Counted from the first letter of the stretch, positions 49,240-58,598 are shown. The stretch: 64,000 nt of DNA from an uncultured Desulfobacterales bacterium (GCA_964435695.1 CAYTAQ010000001.1:4580-68579); one strand, 5' to 3'. Made by a program: numbers and translations. The notes: generated from the letters alone by a model not told the origin.

Positions 49240-49393
49240 AAGGATTCGAGGGTTCGAGGGTTCGAGTGAAAAGCTTAAAAGTTACAAAGAATAAAAAGGG
49301 GAGATCGGAGTTGTCGAGAGAATGCTATAAGCGATGATCAAACCCCTGGAAAACAAACACTTGAATCCTGGGGTCCTGGACCCCTCGGACCCT
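49240..49393. repeat. family A outer arms with a different centre (between cimA and leuA)
   Basis: AAGGATTCGAGGGTTCGAGGGTTCGAGTGAAAAG ... CACTTGAATCCTGGGGTCCTGGACCCCTCGGACCC. Confidence 0.8.
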
Positions 49394-49454
49394 TTATCCC
49401 AATATGAATTGGGAGAAGAATGCTAATTATCAACAATTACATTGGAGAATAACA

Positions 49455-50993
49455 ATGCCTGACTATATAAAAATTTTTGATACCACCCTTAGAGACGGAG
49501 AGCAATCGCCGGGTGCAAGCATGAATGCCGGTGAAAAACTTCGTCTGGCAACACAATTGGAAAACCTGGGCGTCGATGTTCTGGAAGCCGGCTTTCCGGC
49601 GGCTTCTGATGGCGACTTTGAAGCTGTTTCCGCCATCGCTCAAAAACTCAAGCGAACGGAAGTCGCCGGCCTTGCAAGAACGTCAAAAGAAGATATCGAC
49701 CGCGCCTGGGGCGCTGTCCGGCATGCAGTCAAGCCTAAAATACACACGTTTATTGCAACATCCGACATTCACCTGGAATACAAGCTGAAAATGACCCGGG
49801 AGCAGGTCGTCCAGGCTGCTGTCGATGCTGTAAAATACGCCAAGTCTCTCACCGATAACGTAGAGTTTTCAGCTGAAGACGGTTCCCGCAGCGATCGTGA
49901 TTATCTCTGTAAGGTATTTGAAGCAGCCATTACGGCAGGCGCTGAAACGGTTAATCTGCCGGATACTGTCGGATATGCGGTTCCCCGGGAATTTGCCGAA
50001 CTGATACGATACGTCAAAGAGCATACACCCAACATCCACAAGGCAACGTTGAGCGTCCATTGCCACAATGATCTGGGATTGGCCACAGCCAACACCCTGT
50101 CCGCCATCGAAGCCGGTGCAAGACAAGTCGAGCTGACCATCAACGGTATCGGCGAAAGGGCCGGCAACACATCCATGGAAGAAGTGGTAATGGCCATCAA
50201 TACGCGGCCGGCCTATTACAATCTGAGCACCGGTATCAAAACCGATCTGATTTTCCCCACCAGCAGACTGGTAAGCATGATCACCGGTATTATCGTCCAG
50301 CCCAACAAAGCCATTGTCGGTGCCAATGCATTTGCTCATGAGGCCGGCATCCATCAGGATGGTGTGCTGAAAAACCGGATGACCTATGAAATCATGAGAC
50401 CGGAAACCATCGGCCTCAGTAGAAATAAACTCATACTCGGCAAGCATTCCGGCCGGCACGCACTTCGCGAACACTTGAAGGACCTGGGGTATGATCTCTC
50501 TGCCGATGAACTCAATACGATCTTCCAGCTGTTTAAAGAATTGGCGGATAAAAAGAAACATGTAGTCGATGAAGACCTGGAAGCGCTGGTTACCCAGGAA
50601 ATATTAAGAACCCAGGAGGTGTTCAAATTGGAATATCTCCATGTCACCAGCGGGACCACCGTCATGCCCATGGCAAGCGTCAAGCTCTCCATACATGGAA
50701 GATCTTTAAAGGGTGCCGGTTACGGCAACGGTCCCATTGATTCGGCATTCAATACCATCGCCAAACTTACCGGTACCGAATCCGAGTTGCTGAGATTTTC
50801 AGTGAGTGCCTTGACAGGCGGCACCGATGCACAAGGTGAAGTGACGGTCCGACTGGGTGAAAAGGGCCTGGTTGCACTGGGAAAGGGCTCTGACGCCGAC
50901 ATCATCATTGCCAGCGCCAAGGCCTATATCAACGGGTTGAACCGGCTGGAATATTTAAAAGAACATCCGGTGCAGGCGGCGCAGTCTTTCTAG
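49455..50993 (+). CDS. leuA: 2-isopropylmalate synthase
   Basis: MPDYIKIFDTTLRDGEQSPG, HCHNDLG and HEAGIHQDG are present, with a C-terminal LeuA dimer/regulatory domain. Start set at the ATG at 49455, which has a GGAGA RBS. Confidence 0.93.
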   Translation: MPDYIKIFDTTLRDGEQSPGASMNAGEKLRLATQLENLGVDVLEAGFPAASDGDFEAVSAIAQKLKRTEVAGLARTSKEDIDRAWGAVRHAVKPKIHTFIATSDIHLEYKLKMTREQVVQAAVDAVKYAKSLTDNVEFSAEDGSRSDRDYLCKVFEAAITAGAETVNLPDTVGYAVPREFAELIRYVKEHTPNIHKATLSVHCHNDLGLATANTLSAIEAGARQVELTINGIGERAGNTSMEEVVMAINTRPAYYNLSTGIKTDLIFPTSRLVSMITGIIVQPNKAIVGANAFAHEAGIHQDGVLKNRMTYEIMRPETIGLSRNKLILGKHSGRHALREHLKDLGYDLSADELNTIFQLFKELADKKKHVVDEDLEALVTQEILRTQEVFKLEYLHVTSGTTVMPMASVKLSIHGRSLKGAGYGNGPIDSAFNTIAKLTGTESELLRFSVSALTGGTDAQGEVTVRLGEKGLVALGKGSDADIIIASAKAYINGLNRLEYLKEHPVQAAQSF

Positions 50994-51090
50994 TCTGGCT
51001 ACTGGATGCTTGATGCCGGATTCTGGTCTCTGGATGATGGTAAAAAGAACGGTTTAGCGGTTGCTGGATCGATGAGTATTCTGGATTAGC
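50994..51090. repeat. CTGGATG-word block after leuA
   Basis: TAGTCTGGCTACTGGATGCTTGATGCCGGATTCTGGTCTCTGGATGATGG ... GCTGGATCGATGAGTATTCTGGATTAGC. The word theme is the same as at 34099-34180. Confidence 0.65.
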
Positions 51091-51295
51091 TTCTTGTGTT
51101 TTTCTTGCTCTCACGCGTGGGAGCGTATACAGGATGCATCATAACCCGTCATCCCGGCCGAGTCCTGCGATTTGTCATGGGCTTAGACAAATCGTGGGAC
51201 GCGAGCCGTGGTTCGACGGGCTCACCACCCTGAGCAACGTCGAAGGAGGATCCAGAAAAAAGCCTCCGGCGTACAGTAAATAATTTAAACACATC

Positions 51296-51595
51296 ATGAG
51301 CCTGAATTACGAATTCAGAAAAGCTGAAACCACCATTACACGTCTGACCCTTGAAGATCGAAAGGCTTTGTCATTGATCTGCAAAGATATCCAGCAAGCG
51401 GAAAATAACTTGAACAAAAAGGCCTCGGTGTTGTTAAGCAGATGCATCACGTCCTGTACCGGCATCTGCTGCCGCAATATTCGCCTGTTTGAAATTCCCA
51501 TCTTAATGCCCTTTAGAGAAATGCGGAGCAAAGCGACTTCCATCTTCAATGTTGGAAGTTGGACGTTGAATGTTGAACGTTCATTCTTTCCATGA
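51296..51595 (+). other. doubtful ORF / possible gene fragment (Cys-cluster CITSCTGICC)
   Basis: It has no RBS, and its last third is the translation of a palindromic repeat (51544-51586). It may be a remnant. Confidence 0.25.
51544..51586. repeat. GTTGGACGTTGAA-word palindrome
   Basis: CTTCAATGTTGGAAGTTGGACGTTGAATGTTGAACGTTCATTC. The same words occur at 43400-43430 and 25491-25531. Confidence 0.7.
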
Positions 51596-51641
51596 TCTCT
51601 AACCGGCCCCAAAGACCAGGTTCTTTTATTTTAGAAATAGC

Positions 51642-52220
51642 CTACAACCCCAGAAGCCCATCACGGACCCGTTTTTGCGCTTTTTCACCAACGCTCATAC
51701 GGTAATACATTTTCATGAATTCAGAGCCTGCAATCGTACCCTTCTTCACTCCCTGATAGGTATACATCAACCCCTTTCCCGGAACATACGTAGATTCCGC
51801 TGTCAAACCGGGAGCCATATCCTTGTCCATCCAGGACACATAGCGGTCGACGTCGGCCTGATGGGCAGCCACCAGCTCCGGAGGGTTGCACTCTGCCATG
51901 GCCTCCAGGACACCTTCCTGGAGTTTTTCGGCGGTTGCCTTGCTGGTGAGATAGTGGGTGAGCAAATACTTCACCTGCTCGGAGTTGATCACTTCATCGG
52001 CGTCCTGGGTCGGATTTTCCAGATAGAGACCTGTTACATAAACCTTGACCACCAAGAGCGCCTTACGGTAGGCAACCCCGTTCAATTTCAGTGTTTTGCC
52101 TTCGATGACCTTTTCTGCCGGAAAGGTAACGCCCAGAATTTCCGTGTCCGCAAAAGCAATGGGTACAACCGTGCTTAACACAAAGAAAAGCGCTGCCGTC
52201 AGAATTAAAAATCGTTTCAT
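51642..52220 (-). CDS. secreted chalcone-isomerase-like family protein
   Basis: A signal peptide is followed by ...LKLNGVAYRKALLVVKVYVTGLYLE..., which is typical of bacterial CHI-like proteins. Confidence 0.65.
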   Translation of the reverse strand: MKRFLILTAALFFVLSTVVPIAFADTEILGVTFPAEKVIEGKTLKLNGVAYRKALLVVKVYVTGLYLENPTQDADEVINSEQVKYLLTHYLTSKATAEKLQEGVLEAMAECNPPELVAAHQADVDRYVSWMDKDMAPGLTAESTYVPGKGLMYTYQGVKKGTIAGSEFMKMYYRMSVGEKAQKRVRDGLLGL

Positions 52221-52274
52221 TGTTGGTTCTCCTTTTTGGTTGTTTTCATTTGTATTGTTAACTCTGAGTTTGCA

Positions 52275-52712
52275 TTATTTTCGCTGCCACACCTGGCTTC
52301 TGCCGATCAATGAAATGCCGATAAATCCACGTACTTTGAGTGCATCGCCATCCAGGGTCATTTTGCAGGAATAGGTCTTGCCGTTGTCCGGGTCATAGAT
52401 CGTACCGTCGACCCATTTTTGATTTCCCTTGTAGGTGAAGTCTTTCACGAGATTCAAGCCGATGATCTTATCCTGCTGTTTGGATTCATCCGGATTGTTT
52501 TTATCCCTTTTTTCCGTTCCGTCTTCGTAGGTGGGCTCTTTCAACCAGATAATCTTGCCGTTGTACACCTCCCCCGATTTATAAATCTGAACCAAGGCTT
52601 TTGAATTTTCCGTGTACCATTCCCCCAGAATCGCATCGGCTTCTTCCGCAGACGCATAGCCGACTACGATAAAAACCAGACAGATCACGCAGGCTAACGC
52701 GTTTTTCATCAC
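52275..52712 (-). CDS. secreted DUF2147-like protein
   Basis: A signal peptide is followed by GEWYTE...YNGKIIWLKEP...DKNNPD...DGTIYDPDNGKTYSCKMTL.GD.LKVRGF. Confidence 0.65.
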   Translation of the reverse strand: MMKNALACVICLVFIVVGYASAEEADAILGEWYTENSKALVQIYKSGEVYNGKIIWLKEPTYEDGTEKRDKNNPDESKQQDKIIGLNLVKDFTYKGNQKWVDGTIYDPDNGKTYSCKMTLDGDALKVRGFIGISLIGRSQVWQRK

Positions 52713-52726
52713 ATCATCTCCTTTCC

Positions 52727-53641
52727 TTATGTCTCCAGCGAACCGATAATGTCACTCACATGTTTCAACTGCCGTTCCTCTAAAAATTGTTCGATCCCTT
52801 CTATGATCTCCAGGGTTGCCCGGGGATTAATAAAATTGGCCGTCCCCACTTGAACTGCAGTGGCGCCGGCAATAAAAAACTCAATGGCATCCAGCGCGCT
52901 CATTATTCCGCCGACACCCACCACCGGTATCTTTAGCTTCTGCGCAACCTGCCAGACCATCCGCAATGCAACGGGTTTGATGGCAGGGCCGGAAAGTCCC
53001 CCGGTAATATTGGCCAGTTTGGGTCGACGGGTTTCCGCATCGATGGCCATGCCGGTGATGGTGTTGATGACCGATACGGAATCCGCACCGGCTTCCGCCA
53101 CCCGCACGGCTATTTCCACAATATCAGTGACATTGGGAGAAAGTTTCACCATTACATGCCGGGTTGTTTTTTTTCGAACCGCGTTGACAACTTCATACGC
53201 CGATGCAGCATCAGCCCCGAATGCGATTCCGCCCACTTTGACGTTGGGGCATGAAATATTGACTTCCACGCCGGCGACATCCGGTGTGTCATCAAGACGC
53301 GCCGCCAGATCAGCATATTCCTGGATGGTTTTACCATAGATATTGGCTATCACAGGGGTTGAATATTTTCTTAAAAACGGAAGCTTCTCCCGGATAAATG
53401 CCTCCACTCCCACATTTTCGAGACCGATGGCGTTCAGCATCCCGCAGGGCGTCTCGACGATTCTGGGCGGCGGGTTTCCTTTTGCGGGCTCTAACGACAA
53501 CCCTTTGACGATAATGGCGCCCAGGCGGTTCAGATCGATAAAATCTTCAAACTCTTGCGCGTATCCAAATGTTCCCGACGCCGTCATCACCGGATTTTTC
53601 AGCGCTATCTTTCCTAAATTGACATTCACGCCCGGTTTCAT
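52727..53641 (-). CDS. pyrD: dihydroorotate dehydrogenase, class 1 (1B-type catalytic subunit)
   Basis: [28 protein letters not shown], the Cys-type active site EVNISCPNV and [10 protein letters not shown] are present. Confidence 0.9.
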   Translation of the reverse strand: MKPGVNVNLGKIALKNPVMTASGTFGYAQEFEDFIDLNRLGAIIVKGLSLEPAKGNPPPRIVETPCGMLNAIGLENVGVEAFIREKLPFLRKYSTPVIANIYGKTIQEYADLAARLDDTPDVAGVEVNISCPNVKVGGIAFGADAASAYEVVNAVRKKTTRHVMVKLSPNVTDIVEIAVRVAEAGADSVSVINTITGMAIDAETRRPKLANITGGLSGPAIKPVALRMVWQVAQKLKIPVVGVGGIMSALDAIEFFIAGATAVQVGTANFINPRATLEIIEGIEQFLEERQLKHVSDIIGSLET

Positions 53642-53827
53642 TCTTTGCTTTGTTCGACCCCTTTAGGATATTTTTTGATTTTTTTCCACCACGCCGGATT
53701 TTTGGATATTTAAGATACAGTATACTGATAATACCTGGATTCCCTATAACCTTATTTGAATAAATTTGCAAAACCCATCAAGCCTGAATCAGCAATATTT
53801 CTTTTTTATTGGGTTGCTTTATGCTAT

Positions 53828-53953
53828 GAAAAAATAAAAAAACCAATAACGAAAATACGAAATTTGGAAAACACATTATGAACTAGATCTTTTTCGTGTT
53901 TTCGTCCTTTCGTGATTTCGTGATAAAGGGCTTCTTCACATATGATCTATCAC
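53828..53953. repeat. family A inner arms + core copy (upstream of the restriction gene)
   Basis: AAAAAATAAAAAAACCAATAACGAAAATACGAAA ... TTTCGTGTTTTCGTCCTTTCGTGATTTCGTGATAAAGGGCTTCTTCACATATGATCTATCACA. Confidence 0.85.
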
Positions 53954-54119
53954 AAAAACAGAATTAAAGACTCCCAGGCGTATTTTGCCATATTTGAGCT
54001 CCCTGCTCTGCTATTCACCGCCATCATCGGTTTTATCATAGAATTTTTAATTGAATTGCCTTTTATGCTGATTTGTATTCTCGACCATCATTTAGGAAGA
54101 AAAAAGAGGCCCATGAATC

Positions 54120-55316
54120 GTGACGATTATACCGTTCCCACAGTTGGAAGGCGCGGACCTTGTCGTTGATGCCGTATATGAAGGAAACGACTCAGGCAAC
54201 CTTGCAGACGATCCGATTGCGCGATTGCTGAAAGGTGGAAATGCCGGTAATTTCAGATATTGCGGCTCCATTGCCGACCTCAGATATCTCATCGTGTGCA
54301 GCTTAAAAGAAGATACCGACTGGCAGGACATCGTGGATGTGGAATCCGGAACCTTTATCTGTTATGGCGACAATCGGAAACCGGGCCATGACCTGCACGA
54401 CACCCCGAAGAACGAAAACGTAATCCTACGAAATATTTTTAATTGTCTCCACCGGCACCCAAACCCCCGCGTCGGCACCCCGCCCGTGTTTCTTTTCAGC
54501 AAGCACCCCACACCAAACAGTCCGCGCTCGGTCCAATTCAGAGGTGTTTGCGCGCCTGGCGCCCTTCATCTTAATCGGGAAGAGGCGCTTATTTCCGTCT
54601 GGAGAATCACGGATGCACAAAGATTCCAGAACTATCAGGCCACATTCACCATTCTTGATATCCCGGTGGTTTCCAGAAAATGGATTGCGGCGCTTGAATC
54701 GGGTCAAACCGACTCAAATCCTGCTCCCGTTGTTTGGAACATGTGGCTGAAAAGCGGGTTATACCGTCCGCTGCAGGCAAAACATACAGCCCATGTTAGA
54801 TCTATTGCGGAACAATTGCCTCATGAAGATCCCAAAAAAGCGTTGCTTTTCAAATTATACCGATATTTCAACGCAGCACCGGGCCGGTTTGAATATTTTG
54901 CAGCCGACATTTACCGCATGTCTGATTCCCGTGTCATTGTTGAAGGGGTTACCCGAAATACGGTTGACGGTGGCTACGAGGTCTCCGGGCGATACAGATT
55001 GGGGCTGGCTGCGGATCCTATTCATCTGAAATTTACCCTTGAGGGGAAATGTTATAACCCGGGTTTTGGCCAAAGAAAGCGAAAATCCGTTGGTATAAAG
55101 GAAACATCCCGATTAATTTCCCGCTTAAAAAGCCGGCGGATCGGCGTACTGGTCACCACATCGGTGGTGGCGGAGCAAGCCTATCAGGAAACCAGGGCCG
55201 AAAAACACCCGATGATATTTTTATGCGGTTCGGATATCGTGGACATCCTCTATGGCAGGGGCATCAACACCGTAAAAGCGCTGGAGGCATGGCTTTCTGA
55301 AAATTATCCTGCTTGA
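54120..55316 (+). CDS. modification-dependent (type IV-like) restriction endonuclease: SRA/PUA-like N-domain + Mrr-type nuclease C-domain
   Basis: The C-terminus has an Mrr_cat-like layout: FEYFAADIY...VDGGYEVSG...LEGKCY...IGVLVTTSVVAEQAYQE...IFLCGSDIVDIL (D...ExK). The N-terminus has an SRA-like pattern, IVCSLKEDTDWQD..D.ESGTFICYGDNRKPG. The start is GTG with an AAGAGG RBS. Confidence 0.65.
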   Translation: MTIIPFPQLEGADLVVDAVYEGNDSGNLADDPIARLLKGGNAGNFRYCGSIADLRYLIVCSLKEDTDWQDIVDVESGTFICYGDNRKPGHDLHDTPKNENVILRNIFNCLHRHPNPRVGTPPVFLFSKHPTPNSPRSVQFRGVCAPGALHLNREEALISVWRITDAQRFQNYQATFTILDIPVVSRKWIAALESGQTDSNPAPVVWNMWLKSGLYRPLQAKHTAHVRSIAEQLPHEDPKKALLFKLYRYFNAAPGRFEYFAADIYRMSDSRVIVEGVTRNTVDGGYEVSGRYRLGLAADPIHLKFTLEGKCYNPGFGQRKRKSVGIKETSRLISRLKSRRIGVLVTTSVVAEQAYQETRAEKHPMIFLCGSDIVDILYGRGINTVKALEAWLSENYPA

Positions 55317-55318
55317 GT

Positions 55319-56221
55319 TTAGTGTTTTCCATGCCGCTTGATTCTGCCGTTGATGTGATTTCTGACGCGATCTTTCAGTGATTTCGACTTGAGGTTGATA
55401 ACTTTTCGACTGTAGGTAAAATTCTTTTCAACCATATCGGGATAATTCTTTAAATTTGTTCTCAGCTTGATGCCGTTGGATTGGAACTTTCTGAGGATAT
55501 CGATCTCCTTCCCGACAACCTTGTTCTGCTTGGTTTTCAACGCGTCGAGAAACGCTTTCCGGGTGGGCTTGCATTCGGCATAACTCACCACTTTGCCCAG
55601 CTGATACAGGGAATGGCCATCGCTCCCGCCGCTGATGACTTTGCCTAAATTAAATCCCAGCAGGGCACTTTTCAAATTCCATTTATTCAAATTTTCCGAG
55701 TTGATAACCTCAACGCCGTCGATCAGGTCGTAGAGCCGTTTCAAATGGTACCTTTCCAATCGATGACTGGCAATGCCTGTGTAAACGCCGCAAAAAGGAT
55801 GCGGGAAAATGCATAACCCGTGATGCTTTTTTGACCTCTGGATGATCTCTTCCAGATACAAATCGGTGGAGCTCATGACATCTTTTCCCATATGGGGCGC
55901 CACCTCTTGGTCATAGAATGCTTTTAAATCATCTATCTCATAGAAATAATTTAGAATATGTGTTCCTTCCCGTGAGGTTACCTCAATCCCGGGAATCGAC
56001 AATATGTGTGGATATGAATCGATTTCAACAGCGCCGGTGATAGTGTTGTGGTCGGTGACGGCGACACCGATACCCAATGTTTCGGCATAATCTGCTATTT
56101 CTTTGATGGAGTTGCTCCCATCGGAATATTGCGAGTGAAAATGCAGATCAACAACCGTGTAAGATTTTGTTAATGTTTCAATATCCGGTTTTTCAAATAA
56201 AATTCTATTTTCCTGGTTCAT
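55319..56221 (-). CDS. PHP-domain metal-dependent phosphoesterase
   Basis: VDLHFHSQYSDGS, AVTDHNT and GGSDGHS are His/Asp motifs of the PHP fold. A basic C-terminal tail is present. Confidence 0.75.
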   Translation of the reverse strand: MNQENRILFEKPDIETLTKSYTVVDLHFHSQYSDGSNSIKEIADYAETLGIGVAVTDHNTITGAVEIDSYPHILSIPGIEVTSREGTHILNYFYEIDDLKAFYDQEVAPHMGKDVMSSTDLYLEEIIQRSKKHHGLCIFPHPFCGVYTGIASHRLERYHLKRLYDLIDGVEVINSENLNKWNLKSALLGFNLGKVISGGSDGHSLYQLGKVVSYAECKPTRKAFLDALKTKQNKVVGKEIDILRKFQSNGIKLRTNLKNYPDMVEKNFTYSRKVINLKSKSLKDRVRNHINGRIKRHGKH

Positions 56222-56432
56222 TCTAGTCCAATTCTGCGGCGCACCGTGGTAATTAAACCCTTGACAAAATATTCATTAAAAAAATATTGTGAGCCAATAT
56301 AATAATCATTTATTCGGAAACTGTCATCTTCTTCTGTAGTACCGATTTATGACGAATAACCATCGGTCATCAGACAGAAATAAATAGTTTACAGTACGAA
56401 ACAATATTCTGCAACCAAAACTATTATCCGCC

Positions 56433-56855
56433 ATGGACCCAAAAGTTAAACATGCCATTGAAAAAGCCGTCAAAAGAGAAGCCCTGGCCAAGGCATTTAA
56501 AATAAAGCTTGTTGAACTCGATTCAGGTTTTTCTGCTGTTGAAATGATCTATGAGCCTGCGGTCATGAGCAATATCTACGACAGGGCCCACGGCGGATCC
56601 ATTTTTGCATTGATTGATGAGGCCTTTGAGACCGCCAGCCAGACCCACGGCACCATTGCCGTGGCATTGAATGTCAACGTGACCTATATTGCCAGTCCGG
56701 ATGCACCTGTAAGGCTTCGGGCCGAAGCCCGGGAGGTGAGCCGCACCAAAAAAACCGCCAGTTATGACATCAAGGTCGTTGACGAACACATGAAACTCAT
56801 CGCCACCTGCCAGGCATTGGCGTTTCGGACCGGAAAACCGATACCGTTTGTTTGA
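56433..56855 (+). CDS. PaaI/hotdog-fold thioesterase
   Basis: 140 aa with RAHGGSIFALIDEAF, typical of the PaaI/4HBT-III family. Confidence 0.75.
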   Translation: MDPKVKHAIEKAVKREALAKAFKIKLVELDSGFSAVEMIYEPAVMSNIYDRAHGGSIFALIDEAFETASQTHGTIAVALNVNVTYIASPDAPVRLRAEAREVSRTKKTASYDIKVVDEHMKLIATCQALAFRTGKPIPFV

Positions 56856-56868
56856 AAAACAGACTTTA

Positions 56869-56937
56869 ATCACGAAAACACGAAACACCAAACACCAAAC
56901 ACTCGACTAAAAATTAAATATTTCGTGTTTTCGTGAT
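56869..56937. repeat. family A inner-arm hairpin (perfect 17-bp inverted repeat), probable terminator of the thioesterase gene
   Basis: ATCACGAAAACACGAAA (56869-85) is the exact reverse complement of TTTCGTGTTTTCGTGAT (56921-37). A T-rich tract follows. Confidence 0.85.
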
Positions 56938-56944
56938 GTTTTTT

Positions 56945-57080
56945 ATTTTTTTCTCGTTCCCACGCTTACATGTTTATAAAAGGTGGCAGAGGCTTCCAGC
57001 CTCTGGAAACCAGCGGCAAGATGCCGCTGCCACCTTGCTTTTTTCTCGTTCCCACGCTCCTGCGTGGGAACGTTTTGCCC
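56945..57080. repeat. composite repeat: duplicated TTTTTTCTCGTTCCCACGCT and a GTTCCCACGC/GCGTGGGAAC hairpin flanking a GGTGGCAG...CTGCCACC hairpin
   Basis: A direct repeat lies at ~56948 and ~57041. Hairpins are GTTCCCACGCtcctGCGTGGGAAC and AGGTGGCAGAGGCTTCCAGCCTCTGG...GCTGCCACCT. A related hairpin, GCTCTCACGCGTGGGAGC, is at 51105-51122. Confidence 0.7.
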
Positions 57081-57155
57081 TGTCAATCTATTCCACGAAC
57101 TTCATCATTGGACATTCCTTGTTCATTATTCGATATTCGCATTTTGATCTTATGC

Positions 57156-58598
57156 CTATTTCTTGATTTCCACCACCACAAACCCCATCCGGGGTCGTTT
57201 GATCAGAAAATTGATACTCTCCCCTGAATCAACCTTTTTGACAGTCATGGTATAGTCTTTAACCGATGTAATTTTTTCGTGGTTGATCTCTTTGATAAGG
57301 TCCCCTCGTTTAATGCCGGCTGTTTCAGCCTTGCCCCCGGACGCAATGTTTACTACCAGAGCACCTGTTTCTCCCTCTTCATATCCGAACTGAGAGGCAT
57401 TTTCAGACGTCAGATCCATCAGCTTCATACCGATGTCATTGTTCGTCTCAGTTTCCTTTTGGGCCTGCAATTTATCATCCTGTCGTTTTGCCAGTTCAAC
57501 ATATACGGTCTTTTTCTTGCCTTCCCGTAAAAATGTTATGGCAGTCCGCTTTCCCACACGGGTGTTGGCGATAATGCCGGACAGTTCCCGTACAGAGGAA
57601 ACGGTCTTTCCGTCAATCGCGATAATGATGTCATTCAGTTGAATCCCGCTTTTTTCGGCTGGGTCACCTTCAAAAATCTGCGTGACGAGAACACCCCCTT
57701 CGTTATCAAGACCATAATATTTTTTCAATTCCTGGGTCAGATCCTGTATGCCCACACCCAGCCAGCCTCTGGTAACCGCGCCGCTTGATTTGAGCTGATC
57801 GATGATCCCTTTCGCCAGATTCACGGGTATGGCAAAACCAATACCCTGCCCGCTGGCAACAATGGCCGTATTGATGCCCACGACCTCGCCCGCCAGATTG
57901 ATCAAGGGACCACCGCTGTTCCCCGGATTAATCGAGGCATCCGTCTGGATAAAATCCTCATAAGGTCCGAACCCGATGATCCTTCCTTTGGCGCTGACGA
58001 TGCCCGCGGTTACGGTCTGCTCGAGGCCAAACGGGCTGCCGATGGCCACCACCCAGGCGCCCACATCGAGCTTGTCTGAATCGCCCATCTGAATCGGTGT
58101 CAGATCTGAAGTCGCCGATATTTTGATCAGTGCCAAGTCGGTCTTGGGGTCTCTCCCCACCACGGTGGCATCGTATTCTTCTTCATTGACCAGTTTGACC
58201 TTGATCTGATCGGCATTCTCAACCACATGGTTGTTGGTGACGATATATCCTTCTTTGTCGATAATAAACCCCGAACCCAGACTCCGTTGCTTGTAGTCCC
58301 GCGGCGCTTCCTCCATAAAGGGTCCGAAGAAGTCTTCAAACGGGTTTTTTTTATCGTTAAAAGGACCGCCGAAGAAATGCTTGTAAATGCGACCGGCGTC
58401 TTTGACGGTGGTGACGGTGCTGATGTTCACCACGCTCGGTTTGGCAGCTTTGGCAAGTTGGCTGAAATTGTTGGGAACCATGACGACATCGGTGCTTTTT
58501 GCTGCACCGACGACGGCAGGACTGAATCCGAGCAAAAAGCCGATTATAACCATGATAATGACATAACGTGATTTATTGACTGATTGAATCATTTGCAC
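57156..58598 (-). CDS. htrA: periplasmic serine endoprotease DegP/DegQ/HtrA family (two PDZ domains)
   Basis: A signal anchor is followed by the catalytic triad context (TNNHVV, DLALIK, NPGNSGGPL) and two PDZ repeats. Confidence 0.92.
   Translation of the reverse strand: MQMIQSVNKSRYVIIMVIIGFLLGFSPAVVGAAKSTDVVMVPNNFSQLAKAAKPSVVNISTVTTVKDAGRIYKHFFGGPFNDKKNPFEDFFGPFMEEAPRDYKQRSLGSGFIIDKEGYIVTNNHVVENADQIKVKLVNEEEYDATVVGRDPKTDLALIKISATSDLTPIQMGDSDKLDVGAWVVAIGSPFGLEQTVTAGIVSAKGRIIGFGPYEDFIQTDASINPGNSGGPLINLAGEVVGINTAIVASGQGIGFAIPVNLAKGIIDQLKSSGAVTRGWLGVGIQDLTQELKKYYGLDNEGGVLVTQIFEGDPAEKSGIQLNDIIIAIDGKTVSSVRELSGIIANTRVGKRTAITFLREGKKKTVYVELAKRQDDKLQAQKETETNNDIGMKLMDLTSENASQFGYEEGETGALVVNIASGGKAETAGIKRGDLIKEINHEKITSVKDYTMTVKKVDSGESINFLIKRPRMGFVVVEIKK

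Noticed and set aside
53942-54169. 75-aa hydrophobic ORF (MIYHKNRIKDSQAYFAIFELPALLFTAIIGFIIEFLIELPFMLICIL...) overlapping the start of the restriction gene. It could be a small membrane toxin or immunity peptide.
   Set aside because: Its ATG lies inside the conserved core of the repeat element (CACATATGATCTATCACA). There is no RBS, and its tail overlaps the nuclease RBS and start. I cannot separate it from chance, though it would be worth a Ribo-seq look.
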